Made by a program: the position numbers and the translations under genes. Shown one piece after another: positions 14,229 through 25,949 of a stretch of 64,000 nucleotides of DNA (its first letter is position 1; every line of letters starts with the position of its first letter). The notes under the pieces are model-generated. The model worked only from the letters and a program-made list of their open reading frames with translations. It ran no database searches and was not told where the DNA came from. This DNA comes from Camelus ferus (taxonomy: Eukaryota), in contig NC_045697.1 in assembly GCF_009834535.1 (NCBI RefSeq), positions 109,370,001-109,434,000 of the forward strand, given 5' to 3'.

Positions 14229-15820
14229 ACCAAAAGTTGGTTCTTTAAGCAAATCAAAAAAATTGATCTTTAGCTAGACTGATCAAGAAAAAAGGAAGAT
14301 TCAGATTACTAAGATCAGGAATGAAAGAGAAGGATCATTATTGACCTAACAGATAGAAAAATGATCATAAAGGAATACTATGAGCAGTTAGTTGTATGTC
14401 AATAAATTTGATAAGCTATATGAAATGAATAAATTTCTAGAAAGATACAAACTACCAAAACTATCTCAGGCATAAATGAACTATCTAAATAGATATATAA
14501 CATGTTAAGAGATTGAGTTAGAAATTTAAAAACTTCTTACAATGAAAAGCCAAGCCTACACTGGTGAATTCTACCCATTTAAAGAAATAACTTTTCAATG
14601 AAAAAAGAAAGGAGAGAACACTTCCTAACACATTTTTTGAAGTCAGTATTACCCAGATACCAAAACCAAAGATGGCATAAGAAAAGAAAACTATAGTTAA
14701 GTATTGCTTATAAATGCAGATGTAAGAATTCTACAAATTGCTACAAAATACTAGCAGATCAAATCCAGCAGTATATAAAAAGGATTATACACCATGATTA
14801 AATGATACTTATCTCAGGGATGCAAACAACATTGTTTCAACATAGACAAAAATCAGTCAATCTAATCAATGGATTTACAGAACAAAGGTGGGAGGAAACC
14901 ACATGATTGTCTCTAATAGACAAAAATTTTTTGATAAAGTCCAACACCCTTTTATTATAAAAACACTCAACAAACTAGGAATAGAAGTGAACTTTCTCAA
15001 TCTAACAAAAGAGTATCTGGGGAAAAAAATACACAGCTAACATGATAAAAGGCTGTATGCTTTCGCTAAGGATGTCCACTGTCACCACATCTGTTCAACA
15101 TTGTACTGGAAGTTCAAGGCAGGGCAGTTAGGCAAGAAAGAAAGAAAAAGAATCCATACTGAAAAGAAAAAAGTAAAACCACCTCTATTTGCATTTGACC
15201 TGATCTTAGACACATAGCCCTAAACAATCCACAAAACAACAACAAAGTACAAATATTAGACCTAATAAATGAGGTCAGCAGATTGCAAGATCAATCCATA
15301 TGCAAAAATCACTTGTACCGTATGTACTATCAATGAACAGTCTGAAAATGAAGGGAAAATATCAAAATGAATAAATACTTGGAATAAAATTAATCAAAGA
15401 AGTACAAGATTTGTACTGAAAACTGCAAAACACTGAATGAAATTAAAGACCTATCTAAATAGAAAAGTATCCTGAGTTCACAAATTGAAAGACTTAACTA
15501 ATGTTAAGGTGGAAATATTCCCCAAATTGATCTATAGATTAAATGTAAAACCTATTGAAATTCTAATTGCTTTTTTGGCAGAAACTGATGCTGATCCTAA
15601 AATTCATATGAAATTGCAAGGGACCCATAACAGCCAAAAGAATCTTGGGGGAAAAAAGAGTAGGAAGACTCAAATTACCCAATTTTAAAACTTACTACAA
15701 GTTTAGGATAGTCAAGGCAATGTGGTACAGGTATAAGAACAGACATATAGGTTAATGGAATAGACTTGAGAGTCCAGAAGCAAGGTTTTGAACAAAAGTG
15801 CCAAGACCATCAATCAGTAC

Positions 15821-15917
15821 TCTTTTTATTTTATTTCTTTAATGGAGGTACTAGGGATGAACCAAGGGCCTCGATCGTATTCAGCATACACTCTACCACT
15901 GAGCTACTACTCTCCCC
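15821..15917 (-). mobile_element. Camelid tRNA-derived SINE (vic-1-like), downstream unit of tandem pair
   Basis: Reverse complement gtagctcagtggtagag..ggttcatccctagtacctccattaaa. Confidence 0.85.
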
Positions 15918-16047
15918 TATTTATTTTTTTTTAATTATTATTTTCTTTTTCTTTTTTATTTATTTTTAATGGAGATACTGGGGATTGAACCCAGGATGTC
16001 ATGCATGCTAAGCAAGTGCTCTACCACTGAATTCTACCCCCACTCCT
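15918..16047 (-). mobile_element. Camelid tRNA-derived SINE (vic-1-like), upstream unit of tandem pair
   Basis: Reverse complement cagtggtagagcacttgcttagcatgcatgacatcctgggttcaatccccag. Confidence 0.85.
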
Positions 16048-17689
16048 GAGACTATCAATCAGGACAGAATAGTGTTTTCAGCTAATGGTGCCGGGCACAA
16101 CTGGTTATCCACATGCAAATGAATCAATCTGACCTCCCACCTTATGCTATATATGAAAGTTAACTCAAGAGGATCAAAGACCTAAATGTAAGAGCTAAAA
16201 CTATAAAACTCTCAGAAGAAAACACAGATGTGTATCTCTGTATCCTTGGTTTAGGCAACAATTTCTTGGATATGACATCAAAAGCTTGAGCAACCAACAA
16301 AAAAGTAGATACATTTGACTTCATCAAAATTAACAACTTTGTGTGTCAAAGTACATTGTCAGGAAAGTGAAAAGAACCCACAGAATGAGAGAAAATAGTT
16401 GCAAATCCTGTGTATGACAAGTGTCCAATATCCAAACCATATATTTTTTAAAATTCTCATGACTCAACAATTTAAAAAATGTAAGTATAGGCAAAGGATT
16501 TGAATAGACATTTTTCCAAGGAAAATAAATAAATGGCCAATAAGCATATGGAAAGATGCTCAACATCATCATTAGGGGAATGTAATTTATTTATTCCCCA
16601 AAATGTTGTACATACAGTTAACATTTGAACCAGCAATTCCACTCCTAGGTATATACCCAAAAGAATTGAAAACATGTTCACACAAAAATTATTAAATTGT
16701 TCACATTAGTAATAACAGCCCATGTCCGTCAACTGATGAGTGACTAAATGAATTGTGGTATAACCATTCAATGGAATATTATTTAGCAACAAAAAGGAAT
16801 GAAGTATTGATACATGCTACAGTTGATAAACCTTGAAAACTTTGTGCTAAGCGAAAAGAAGCCAGACATAAATGATTTAATTTATATGAAATGTCCAGAA
16901 TAAGGAAATCCATAAAAGCGAAGTAGGTAAGTGGTCTTCAGGGGCTGAGGGAAGGGGGAATGTGGACTGACTCCTAATGGGTGTAGGATTTCCTTTTGGG
17001 TGATGAAAATGTTCTGGAATTAGGTAATGGTAATGGTTGTACAAACTTGTAAATATACTAAAACCTACTGAAATTTCACTTCAGTATGGTGATTTCTGTG
17101 ATATATAAATTTCAATAAATAAATAACTACTATGGTGATAAATAATATTTGTGCCTTGTTGATCATGGCATTATTGTATGCTGTATATATTAACTTGAAA
17201 GACATGATATAGATACATTTAATAGCAGGATGTATAGTTAAATTTTTAAATTTAAATATTTCCTTCTACAGGGCTACTGTATGACTGTTAAAATTTTATT
17301 GTCAGGTTTATTGTGGTCTAAAATATACATAAGCTAAAATGCTTATCATTAAACACATTATTTTACCCTTTCTTGGTGTTGTAAATTGTTTGAGAAACAT
17401 CTCAGTTAAACATATGTTGTCTTTAAAGGAGCAAGTGCAGTAGTAATGGACATTTAGGAAAGGGAAGTTGTTCACGTTGACTTTCTTTTCATGATGAATA
17501 TAACTGCAGCTATCTAAAATTTCCCTGGGAAGCTGAGCAGGTTTGTGAGATACAGTATCACTATTTGAGCTTTTTTCCCAAAGCCATTTTGTATGTATAA
17601 CCTTTGTTTATATATTTTTTAAAAAGAATCTATACATAGATGAACATTATTTTGTGTGTGCATGGATATATATATTTTTTTTTTTTCAG

Positions 17690-17734
17690 GTCAAGCAAAT
17701 ATACTGGCTAAAGAAGCTGCTAACAGATGGACTG
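17690..17734 (+). CDS. MND1: MND1 coding exon (exon 7 equivalent), 45 nt, (R)QANILAKEAANRWT
   Basis: Poly-T tract + cag| acceptor, |gtatgt donor; AKEAANRWT motif of Mnd1; phase 1-1. Confidence 0.96.
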
Positions 17735-18089
17735 GTATGTATCACAGGGCACTGGTAAACTGGTCAGACTCTTCCACAGTTACTATGATATGAAGTGCAG
17801 AAGCTATTGTGCCTAGTTTTGTTCAAGAAAAGACATTTCTGGAAATGTATGTATTAATCAAGTTTTTATATATTAACTCACTTTAGTAACAAGGTTTTTT
17901 TTTTTTTAATCTTATTATGAGTCATTTTGTAAATTATAAGACATTTTTTAAAACCAATGATTTTGTCCAGTTTAAGTTTTGTGTAACTTTTCCCAGATAA
18001 ATGGCTTAGGCTGATCCCTTAACCTTCGTATATATTAATACAAGATACAAATTTAAGAGTGTATCCTAAAGATTGGTCTTCTTGCTTAT

Positions 18090-18310
18090 AATAAGCCAAC
18101 ATTTGTTGAGGGCTGACTGTAAGCCAGGCATTGTAAAGTGTGTCCATGGTGTGTTCTCATTTTATCCCCACAACAGTCTTGTGAGGTGGATAGGATTATC
18201 ATCCCTAATTTTAGAGATGAAGCTGAGGCCACTAGGAGCCCACAGTCACACAGGTGCTGGGCAGTGGGACAGGGATTCAATTTCACGGTCCAGGCTCTTG
18301 CCCACTGCAT
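18090..18310 (-). mobile_element. MIR SINE
   Basis: acatttgttgag..gccaggcattgt..cacaacagtcttgtgaggt..ttttagagatgaagctgaggc. Confidence 0.75.
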
Positions 18311-18589
18311 GATACGCTCTTCTCCGTGTACCTGCTTTCATGTCAACGCCTCTTTAATCTACTTACCAATAGATATACCCTCTGGTCTATGTCAGGATAT
18401 TTTAAGAAATGGGAATTAATAAGGCTTTATCTATGTGTCTTAAAGTTTAGAAGAAAGTTAATAAATAATAACTGTAGAGAATTATATACAAGCATGATTA
18501 TGACTGTTAAAACCTGTCTGGAAGTTACACTGGTGTTTTTCCAGTATTTAATTATAAGATAGTGGTAATTGGACTTTTCCACTTGGTAA

Positions 18590-18770
18590 GTCTTTAGTGC
18601 CTTCACATGTGTTACTCATCTTTGTGTTTCTGTGGGAGAGTGTGGATAAGATTACATCGACAAAGAGAGGCACAAAGCTTGAAGTGGCTGCCTTAAGTCA
18701 AAGGTGATTAGTCACTGGAAGAACAGGGATTTGAGCCAGGTTTCCCTGATTCCATGTCCAGGCCTCTGTG
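18590..18770 (-). mobile_element. MIR SINE (degraded)
   Basis: gaggcacaaag..tgaagtggctgcc..cagggatttgagccaggtt. Confidence 0.55.
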
Positions 18771-19094
18771 TTTCACAGAAAGCTTAAGAATCATTTTTCC
18801 TTGTCTGTTTTATAATTAGGTAGACTGATAAAATCAATGTAACTGGCCTTTGGTTCCTATACAGTTACAATCTTATTTATTACAAAGCTATTTCCTACAT
18901 AATGTAGTGCTTTAGTGATAGGAACAGAGGAGGGTAAAAGCAGCAAACTTAACATTGAACAAAAGAAGATAGTGAAACGTGTGTCCTGTAAAATGTGAGT
19001 AAATAATAAATACAGTGATGTATAGGTTTGAGTAATACAAAATTTGAGTGAGAAAAGTGACAAGTGAATTTTTAGGTTAAAAATAAGACAAGAG

Positions 19095-19185
19095 GAAGTA
19101 GTGGGAGTATAGCTCAGTGGTGCTTAGCATGCACGAGGTCCTGGGTTCAATCCCCAGTTCCTCCAGTAAAAAACAAAACAAAAAA
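19095..19185 (+). mobile_element. vic-1-like SINE with small internal deletion
   Basis: tatagctcagtgg[del]tgcttagcatgcacgaggtcctgggttcaatcccc; TSD aagacaagag/aagacgagag. Confidence 0.88.
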
Positions 19186-19239
19186 AGACGAGAGTCACAA
19201 AGTGATTTCCCCCAATGAACAAGGCAGCTAAGCAAACAG

Positions 19240-19450
19240 TAGGAACCGGCAGCCTGTGTAGATGGTGGGAGGAGCTTGGCTTTGAACAGAATCCATGTTG
19301 CGCTCCTTATTTGCTATGTGACTTACTGAACTTCTCTGAGCCTGCTTCCTCATCTGTTCAGTGTGGATAATATCTACCTCATATTTTGGGAGGATTAAAT
19401 AAGATGGTTTGTAAGCCCTTGAGCACACCATTAGACACAGATAAACAAAT
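19240..19450 (+). mobile_element. MIR SINE
   Basis: gctatgtgactt..aacttctctgagcctgcttcctcatctgt..gaggattaaataagat. Confidence 0.75.
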
Positions 19451-19650
19451 ATTCTCCTTTTCCCTTTCTCTTCAAAAAAATCCTTTCATGTTTTCCAGTT
19501 GGTCATAAACTTCAAAAATTATAATTTAAAAAATATGAACAACTTTTTTCCCCTTGTGTTATTAGCTGAGAAAGAACCTGAATCTTTTTAAATCATGTAG
19601 GAAGGATATTTTTAGGACAGCAGAAACAGCTAAGAACCATCTTTCCATTT

Positions 19651-19794
19651 GAGGAGGGAGGGTGTAGCTCAAGTGGTAGAGCACGTGCTTAGCGTGCACG
19701 AGGTCCTGGGTTCAATCCCCAGTACCTCCTCTAAAAATAAATCAATAAATAAACCTAATTACCTCCCTCCCCCTCAAAAAAAAACTTAAAAAAA
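19651..19794 (+). mobile_element. vic-1-like SINE (long-tail type)
   Basis: A box tagctcaagtgg, B box ggttcaatcc, tail aaacctaattacctccc. Confidence 0.9.
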
Positions 19795-21296
19795 TTTTTT
19801 GGGGGTTTACAGCTTGCTTGCTCCTTCTAACATAAAAGTGTTATGCAAGAATCATGTAGTTAAAACAAATTACACCTCAGAATGCCTCTTCTTAAAACAA
19901 CAAAGAGGAAGCATCAATAATACTTAAAACTAAAGATTGTTATGTAATTATTAGTTAAGATTTGGTTTCTTTATACAGAAAAGCTCCCTAAAATATATTC
20001 TGAATCGAGCATATTAACTTTAGTAATTCAGTATTTCGGTTTTATAGAATGAGAAATTACCTCAGGGTATAACTAGAAATATCACATCTAAATGTTTTAT
20101 GACATTAAATACTTTAAATGTGATTTATCAAATTACATAAAACCTTGCCTAATAACTAAGACAGTGGAGTTTTTACGACTGTGTGAGAGGCATCTTAACG
20201 AACGAGGAGGGATAGATGTGTGGTCCTGACGTAGACTCATGAGTGTGCTACTGCCCATCCGATTCCTATATATATATATATATATGCGTGTGTGTGTATA
20301 TAGCTTGGGTATGATGTCATATAAATTAAGACAAATTCTACCAGACTTCAGGTTGTTTCTTTAAAAACAAAAAAAGGACCTATTTCTTATCCATTTGCAA
20401 ACATTTCCACATAATAGAAAAATTAATTGACAGGGATGAACTGTCAAGATTTTGGGCAACATTGTCTTGAAGGCAGACATCCAGTGGCCCAAGGACATAT
20501 TTAATCAGAGTCTTTTTGAATTGGTCCATTGAGCATTGTGTAGAGAAGCTTTTTATTTGTCTGTTCTTCATCTTTGAAGATTTATAATAAAATGTTTTCA
20601 TGCCCTCATATAAACCAGGAACTTCTTCCTGCAAAGCCTCTAGCCTTGCTCTGGTGCCTTGTTTTCTTCTCTCCTGATCCGGTTTGAAGTCCATTCCTCC
20701 AGGCTTCCTAGAGTGTTGCATGTGTCCTCTTATTTCCTGGAAATCCTTCTGTATTCTTGAGCCTATTCTGGAAGCTGTACACATAACCCTTGATGTTTTC
20801 TTTCTAACAGACATATCACTTTGGAATTGTTTAGAAATAAATTGATTTTTCTCTCTACTCTTGTGTCAGCTTGAAGGCATAGGCTCTTTATGTTCTGGAA
20901 TTCCTGTAACTCACTTAATACCTGTCTTATGTAGCAGTGGGCTCTCTATAAGTATTTGCTTCTGATTGTCAAGAATGCACAGGTTGTGCAGACACTAATA
21001 AAACTACACAGGTCATTCTACAGTACCTCATGCTATTAGTGTTCTCGCTTAGGGTCTTGTGAAAAGTAAAGATTTAGTTTAGACTGTTACACGGATTTAT
21101 TTTAGTGTCTGTTATTCCGTAACACATTAATTAAAAGAAATGAGGATCTTTTGTTAACATTATTCTATTTGATATAGTAGTATTCACCTTAGCAGTGAAC
21201 TTCATTCCTAACATTTAGTTATCATTATCTGATAGTTGGAATTAAACTTTCTTTTAGAAAGTTTTTTTAAATGTTTTAAAAAGTGATCAAACTACA

Positions 21297-21699
21297 TATA
21301 TTAATTTCCTAAGAAATCATAACATTATACTTCAGACTAGGTGGCTCAAACAACAGAAATTAATTTTCTCACAGTTCTGGAGGCTGGAAGTCCAAGATCA
21401 AGGTGTGAGCAGGTTTGGTTTCTTCTGAGGCCTCTCTCTCCTTGGCTTGTAGGTGGTCACCGTCTCCTTGGGTCCTGACAGGGTCTTCTCTCTGCCTGCC
21501 CCTGGTGTCTCAGGGTGTCCACATTTCCTCTTCTTACAGAGACACCAGTCAGATTGGATTAGGACCCTTCCTAATAGGCTCGTTTTCACTAAATCACCTC
21601 TTTGAAGACCCAATTTCCAAATATAGTCACATTCTGAGGTAGTGGGCTTAGGACTGTAACATACGAATCAGGGGAGGTGACGCGATTCAGCCAATAACA
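21297..21699 (-). mobile_element. MLT1 (MaLR) solo LTR, MLT1A/B-like
   Basis: aaacaacagaaatt..ctcacagttctggaggctggaagtccaagatcaaggtg..cagattggattagg..agtcacattctgaggta; 5-bp TSD ctaca/ctcca. Confidence 0.9.
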
Positions 21700-22620
21700 C
21701 TCCAGAAGAACCTGTTTTAACCCTTCATTCATCTCAACTAACACAGTGCTCAGCGTTTTATGGAATACTCTGAACCAGAAAACTGTATACCATTATTTTT
21801 CTCTATTTATAATAATATTCATTATGAAGATGGTGAATGTACATTAAAGAGAACGTGTAAAATTAAAGCTCACCATCATTCCCATCCCCTGGGTGCAGCT
21901 GCTGTGAGCACGTTGGCACTGCCTCGTGTCCCTCACTGCCTGCGCGTAGTCACCCTTCCAGGGGGTTAGACATTCAGAGTGCTTCTATTTTTCCCTTTTG
22001 TTACACTGGGGTGAAGATTTGATCATAAATCTTTGTACACATTCTGTTTTATTTCCTTGGGATAAATCCCTTTAGGTAGATAAAACAGTTTTTTCAGTGG
22101 CAAATGCAGTTTAAATTCCCCCCAGGGGACACGGAGGACACATCTTCTCCTTTCTTAGTCTTAAGAGAGGAGAACCCCTTCCCTCTTCCTCACCCCTTTG
22201 CTCTCCCACTGGCCTGACTGGGAGCCATTACTCTCTGTGGGGGAGGGAGGGGGTCTGGCCAGAATGCGTTCCTTTGGGGACCGGAGCAGCTCTGATCCCT
22301 GAGGTAAGAGGCCTGCCTCTGCTGCAGAAATGTGGAGGAGGCGCCACTAACTTCTCCCCGTCTTTGGATTATTCTTTAAGTCAGCTATTCTTTAGCGGCA
22401 ACTAATTCACTGAATTTTTAAATATGAGATCCATTTATTCAAAACACTCATTAAATATTTTCTTTCTTCTGAAATTAATTGCCATTACTCTTGAAAATAC
22501 AGAAATCTCCTTATTTTGATACTTCTAGAAGTAAAATTAAAAAAAGCCTGTAGAATATATTTGAAATGTTTTATGATTATGTTTTTGATTCTCAAAAGTG
22601 TTTCTCCATTTTCTTTATAG

Positions 22621-22727
22621 ATAACATATTTGCAATAAAATCTTGGGCCAAAAGAAAATTTGGGTTCGAAGAAAATAAAATTGATAAAAATTTTGGAATT
22701 CCAGAAGACTTTGACTACATAGACTGA
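22621..22727 (+). CDS. MND1: MND1 terminal coding exon (exon 8 equivalent), (D)[38 protein letters not shown]
   Basis: ttctttatag| acceptor; C-terminus matches human [38 protein letters not shown] at 22725-22727. Confidence 0.97.
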
Positions 22728-22845
22728 ACTGCTCAGTGTCGGTGAAGGATCTATGTACTTGTGAATATGTAACGTTTTTGTTACCCAGCTAAATGTACTG
22801 AATTATCATTTACCTGTAACTGTGTTTTTCATTTTATTAATTTTA

Positions 22846-22851
22846 AATAAA
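22846..22851 (+). terminator. MND1: Probable MND1 polyadenylation signal AATAAA
   Basis: First AATAAA after the stop, ~120 nt downstream; TGTA motifs upstream and GT/T-rich sequence downstream. Confidence 0.75.
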
Positions 22852-24110
22852 GTATAAAGTGTAGATGTTTTGCAGTCTTTGATCAGTCAAAAACAGGATG
22901 ACAGCCTCAGTGCTCATCAGAGTAGGAGAATGCATAGTAAAGCTGTCCACCTGTTAGGCTTACCAGTAATTTTTTTAGAGATCACAGCCATCATGACATG
23001 ATAACATTTTTTATTTTCATTCAAACATTAAGTATTAAGAACTAAGGGTACCTTTGAAGGCTCTATTATACACATACATGCTTGGAAATAACTTCAAAAC
23101 CCCTAATTGCTGCTTTACTGTTTCTCAGTATTTAGTGGAAAGTGTGTGTGAGTGATTCTTAATATACTGCATCATATTTACAAATCTTCCACAGAAAAAA
23201 ATACAGAAAGTTGGTATTCCTCAAATTTAAAGTTAGATAGAATTCCTCAGATGTGAAAACTACTTTCTTTTGAATGTGTGATGCTTTTCTACTGTAAAGA
23301 ATAAGCACTTTGTCCTGATTTATGTACTTTTTATAAGATGATATAGTGGTGTCAGTATAGCACACATCACCAGCTAGAGTTCAGGGATTTTTATTCAACT
23401 GCCGAAAAAAGAGTAGGTTAAAAATAATGTATATCTCGTGTGTCTTTTTCTATTTCAGCCTATGCATTTAGAGTATTTGCAGGCACTCCAAGACAAACGT
23501 AAAACAAAAATCAAAACAAATGTGCGTAATGCCCTTTACACACATGCCTTAATTTTTTTTTTATACTGTCCAGTTTTGATATTCTTTTAAGTAACTTGAA
23601 TGAAGTACTCCGTATGTCTGAAATGACCCAGATGGCATCCAGGCCATTTGTAAGTGAATCTGGCCTTTGTATTGCATGGGGTTGCTCCGGGCCTACTTAA
23701 TCACTTCCTGGATATGGGCGGGAACTTACTGGTCCAACTTTGTTTGTTCTTGAGGCCAATTTATGTTGCCTTAAGGCAACAGCTCTTCTCACAGGAGAAA
23801 GTATTTGGTGTTAAGAGACAAAGGACAAAACATAAAAATAACCCATCATAAGCCTTTCCCTAATACACTAATTGTGGGAATTCCAAAATTTCTCAGACCC
23901 AGTGTGCTATTTATTAGAAAAGATGCTTCCTTGAGAGAAGGTATGTGTGTTCTAAAAGGAAGCCATTTCTAATGATCCCTAAAAGATTCTGTTTTATAAA
24001 TATTCAGGCAGTGTCAAAAAGATTTTTTGAATATTTTGGAGGCTAGCAAGAGAACGATTAAGTCTGTTCGTGAGTAGGCCAGAGGTTGTGGTACCCTCCT
24101 AAGCCAAAAA

Positions 24111-24501
24111 TGTGCTGGTAGGGGTTTAACTAAACTGACTCTTTGGGAAGTGGGGTGGGGCTTGGTTTATAGTATTTGCCTATTTGTGTAGCGTAAATAT
24201 TCCCAACATGGCCAGTTTCAGATTACCAACGTGGTGACAATGAGGGTTGGGAAAAGATGCTCAGTAGCACACCATTAGACAGTATTTCTCCCATACAGGT
24301 GCAGTAGGTGTACATCTCAAGAACAGAGAAAATAGTAAAATAAAAAATAATTACAGAGGGATGAGTTTTTAGTTTTAGTACCATTGTTTTTAATATGATA
24401 CAGTTTATCGTAGTTTGTGTGATTTAATCTTAGTGATGGCAGTGTTTAACAGCTGGCTCCCTGTTACTTAACAGTTGGCTTGCCTACTCCAACACATCAC
24501 C
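24111..24501 (-). mobile_element. MER63-like hAT DNA transposon
   Basis: tgtgctggta..tttaac terminus; internal aaatattccca.catggcc.gtttca, cagtagcacaccatta. Confidence 0.7.
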
Positions 24502-25478
24502 GTTCTTAATCTTTAAGAGCTGCTTTTGAGCTTGTTTTTCCCTGAAACTAGAGATGGTTAAGAAGCCCACGGGCATTGGTCCAGCCAAGCTCTAGGTAAT
24601 CCTTAGTCCTGGGTTCTGAGTACAACTGGGGTAGACATAGAGTCAAATTACTAGTGGTCTGGGATCAAATATGATTCAGTAAATGTTATAATTGATATTC
24701 CCAAATATTTAAATGAATTGGAAGTTTAAAGGATATTTGAGAGCTGATTTCCATCTTAACCCATTCTTCACATGTAGTTATTTTTAAAATCTTACTATCT
24801 GTCCAATTTTTAAAGGGTTCTGGGAGAGACTTCACAGTCTCCTAGTAGGTTTCACAGTTGTTCAGGGCCAGGTCAGATCACTGAAATGTCCTTTCTGAGG
24901 TTGGGCCAGGACCAAAACAATACATAGGAAGAACTGGACATGACTTTTCCTCTGATGTCTGCCACATCATTAGTCTCACAGGATTACAAAGTTCTTGGCC
25001 TGTCTCTGAAATAGATGTTATGATCCTAAATTTTATCAAGCAGTTCTCTCTAAGCGACTAGGAAAGGAAATGAGTAGAGCTGGCAGCCAAGAAGCATGAA
25101 CCATCCCAATAATTCTTGAGCAGAAAAGTCTAAATTGTAAACCCGATAATACTTTTTTTGTGTGAACATGATTGGAGTAAAATATAAAACATTTTCCAGC
25201 TAACGTGGCATCATTTGTAAGAGCAGTTACAGTGTGACAGATGGTAGGAAGATGCTTTAAAATTGTACATAAACTCCCTTTCAGGGTGTGCTTCTTGAAT
25301 ACTGTCTATATACCTGGAGGAAAATGCACTGCATGATGAAATGGCCCTTTGTGGTGAATTTATGTTATACTTACACCAGCTTGATTTTTTAAAAATTATT
25401 TGTGAGAAGTAGAGGTCAGGTAACGTGGCTGTCTCTGGAAGTACTCATTGAATCTCAAGCCTAAAGATTTCTATTAAC

Positions 25479-25667
25479 CAGGATTGGCAAACTGCCCCCG
25501 AGAGCCAAATCCAAGGCGTGTTTTTCACAGCCCTTGAGCTAAAAGTATCTTTTTACACTTTTTTAAAGATAAAAATAGACGAGATTATGCAACAGAGGCT
25601 GTATGTGGCCTGCAAAGCCTGAAATATTTACTACCTGACCCTTTACAGAAAAAATTTGCCAGCTTCC
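25479..25667. mobile_element. MER58-like hAT-Charlie element
   Basis: cagg.ttggcaaact..tatgtggcctgcaaagcctgaaatatttactacctgaccctttacagaaaaaatttgcc. Confidence 0.8.
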
Positions 25668-25949
25668 AAAAGATCAAAAACTGACAGGCCATGGTCTAGA
25701 TATGACCTGTGAGGTGTATTTTATTTTGCTCAGACTTTCATTGTTCATTTGCATTAGTTGCTAGCATGTCCACGTATAAAATGTCACATGCAAATTGAGA
25801 TTTTCAGCTTCTTTTGGTAACTGGGTGATTTAGCAACCCGCATGGCAAGCAGCAAGCCCACTAGAGGTGAGTAGGACTGGCCCAGCGGTGACTGGTTCCT
25901 TTCTGAGAGGGAAGCCTCCCAGCTTTCTTGTTCAAGTCACAATTTTGTT

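Larger units (their letters stand above)
10445..17125 (+). mobile_element. Near full-length decayed L1 (L1MB-type 3' end) in MND1 intron 6, sense orientation
   Basis: 5' region, ORF1 remnants (~11390-12330), ORF2 remnants from ~12770, L1MB-like 3' UTR (gggtgatgaaaatgttctggaattagg) ending in aataaa; interrupted by younger insertions. Confidence 0.88.

Noticed and set aside
8568..16681. ORFs in MND1 intron 6
   Set aside because: Fragments or antisense frames of decayed L1 elements
19651..19730. tRNA genes (A box/B box sequences, 12 copies)
   Set aside because: A-rich tails, TSDs and divergence show they are tRNA-derived SINEs, not tRNA genes
20380..20814. 144-aa minus-strand ORF in MND1 intron 7
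   Set aside because: No recognisable homology, ATG context or splice support; treated as chance
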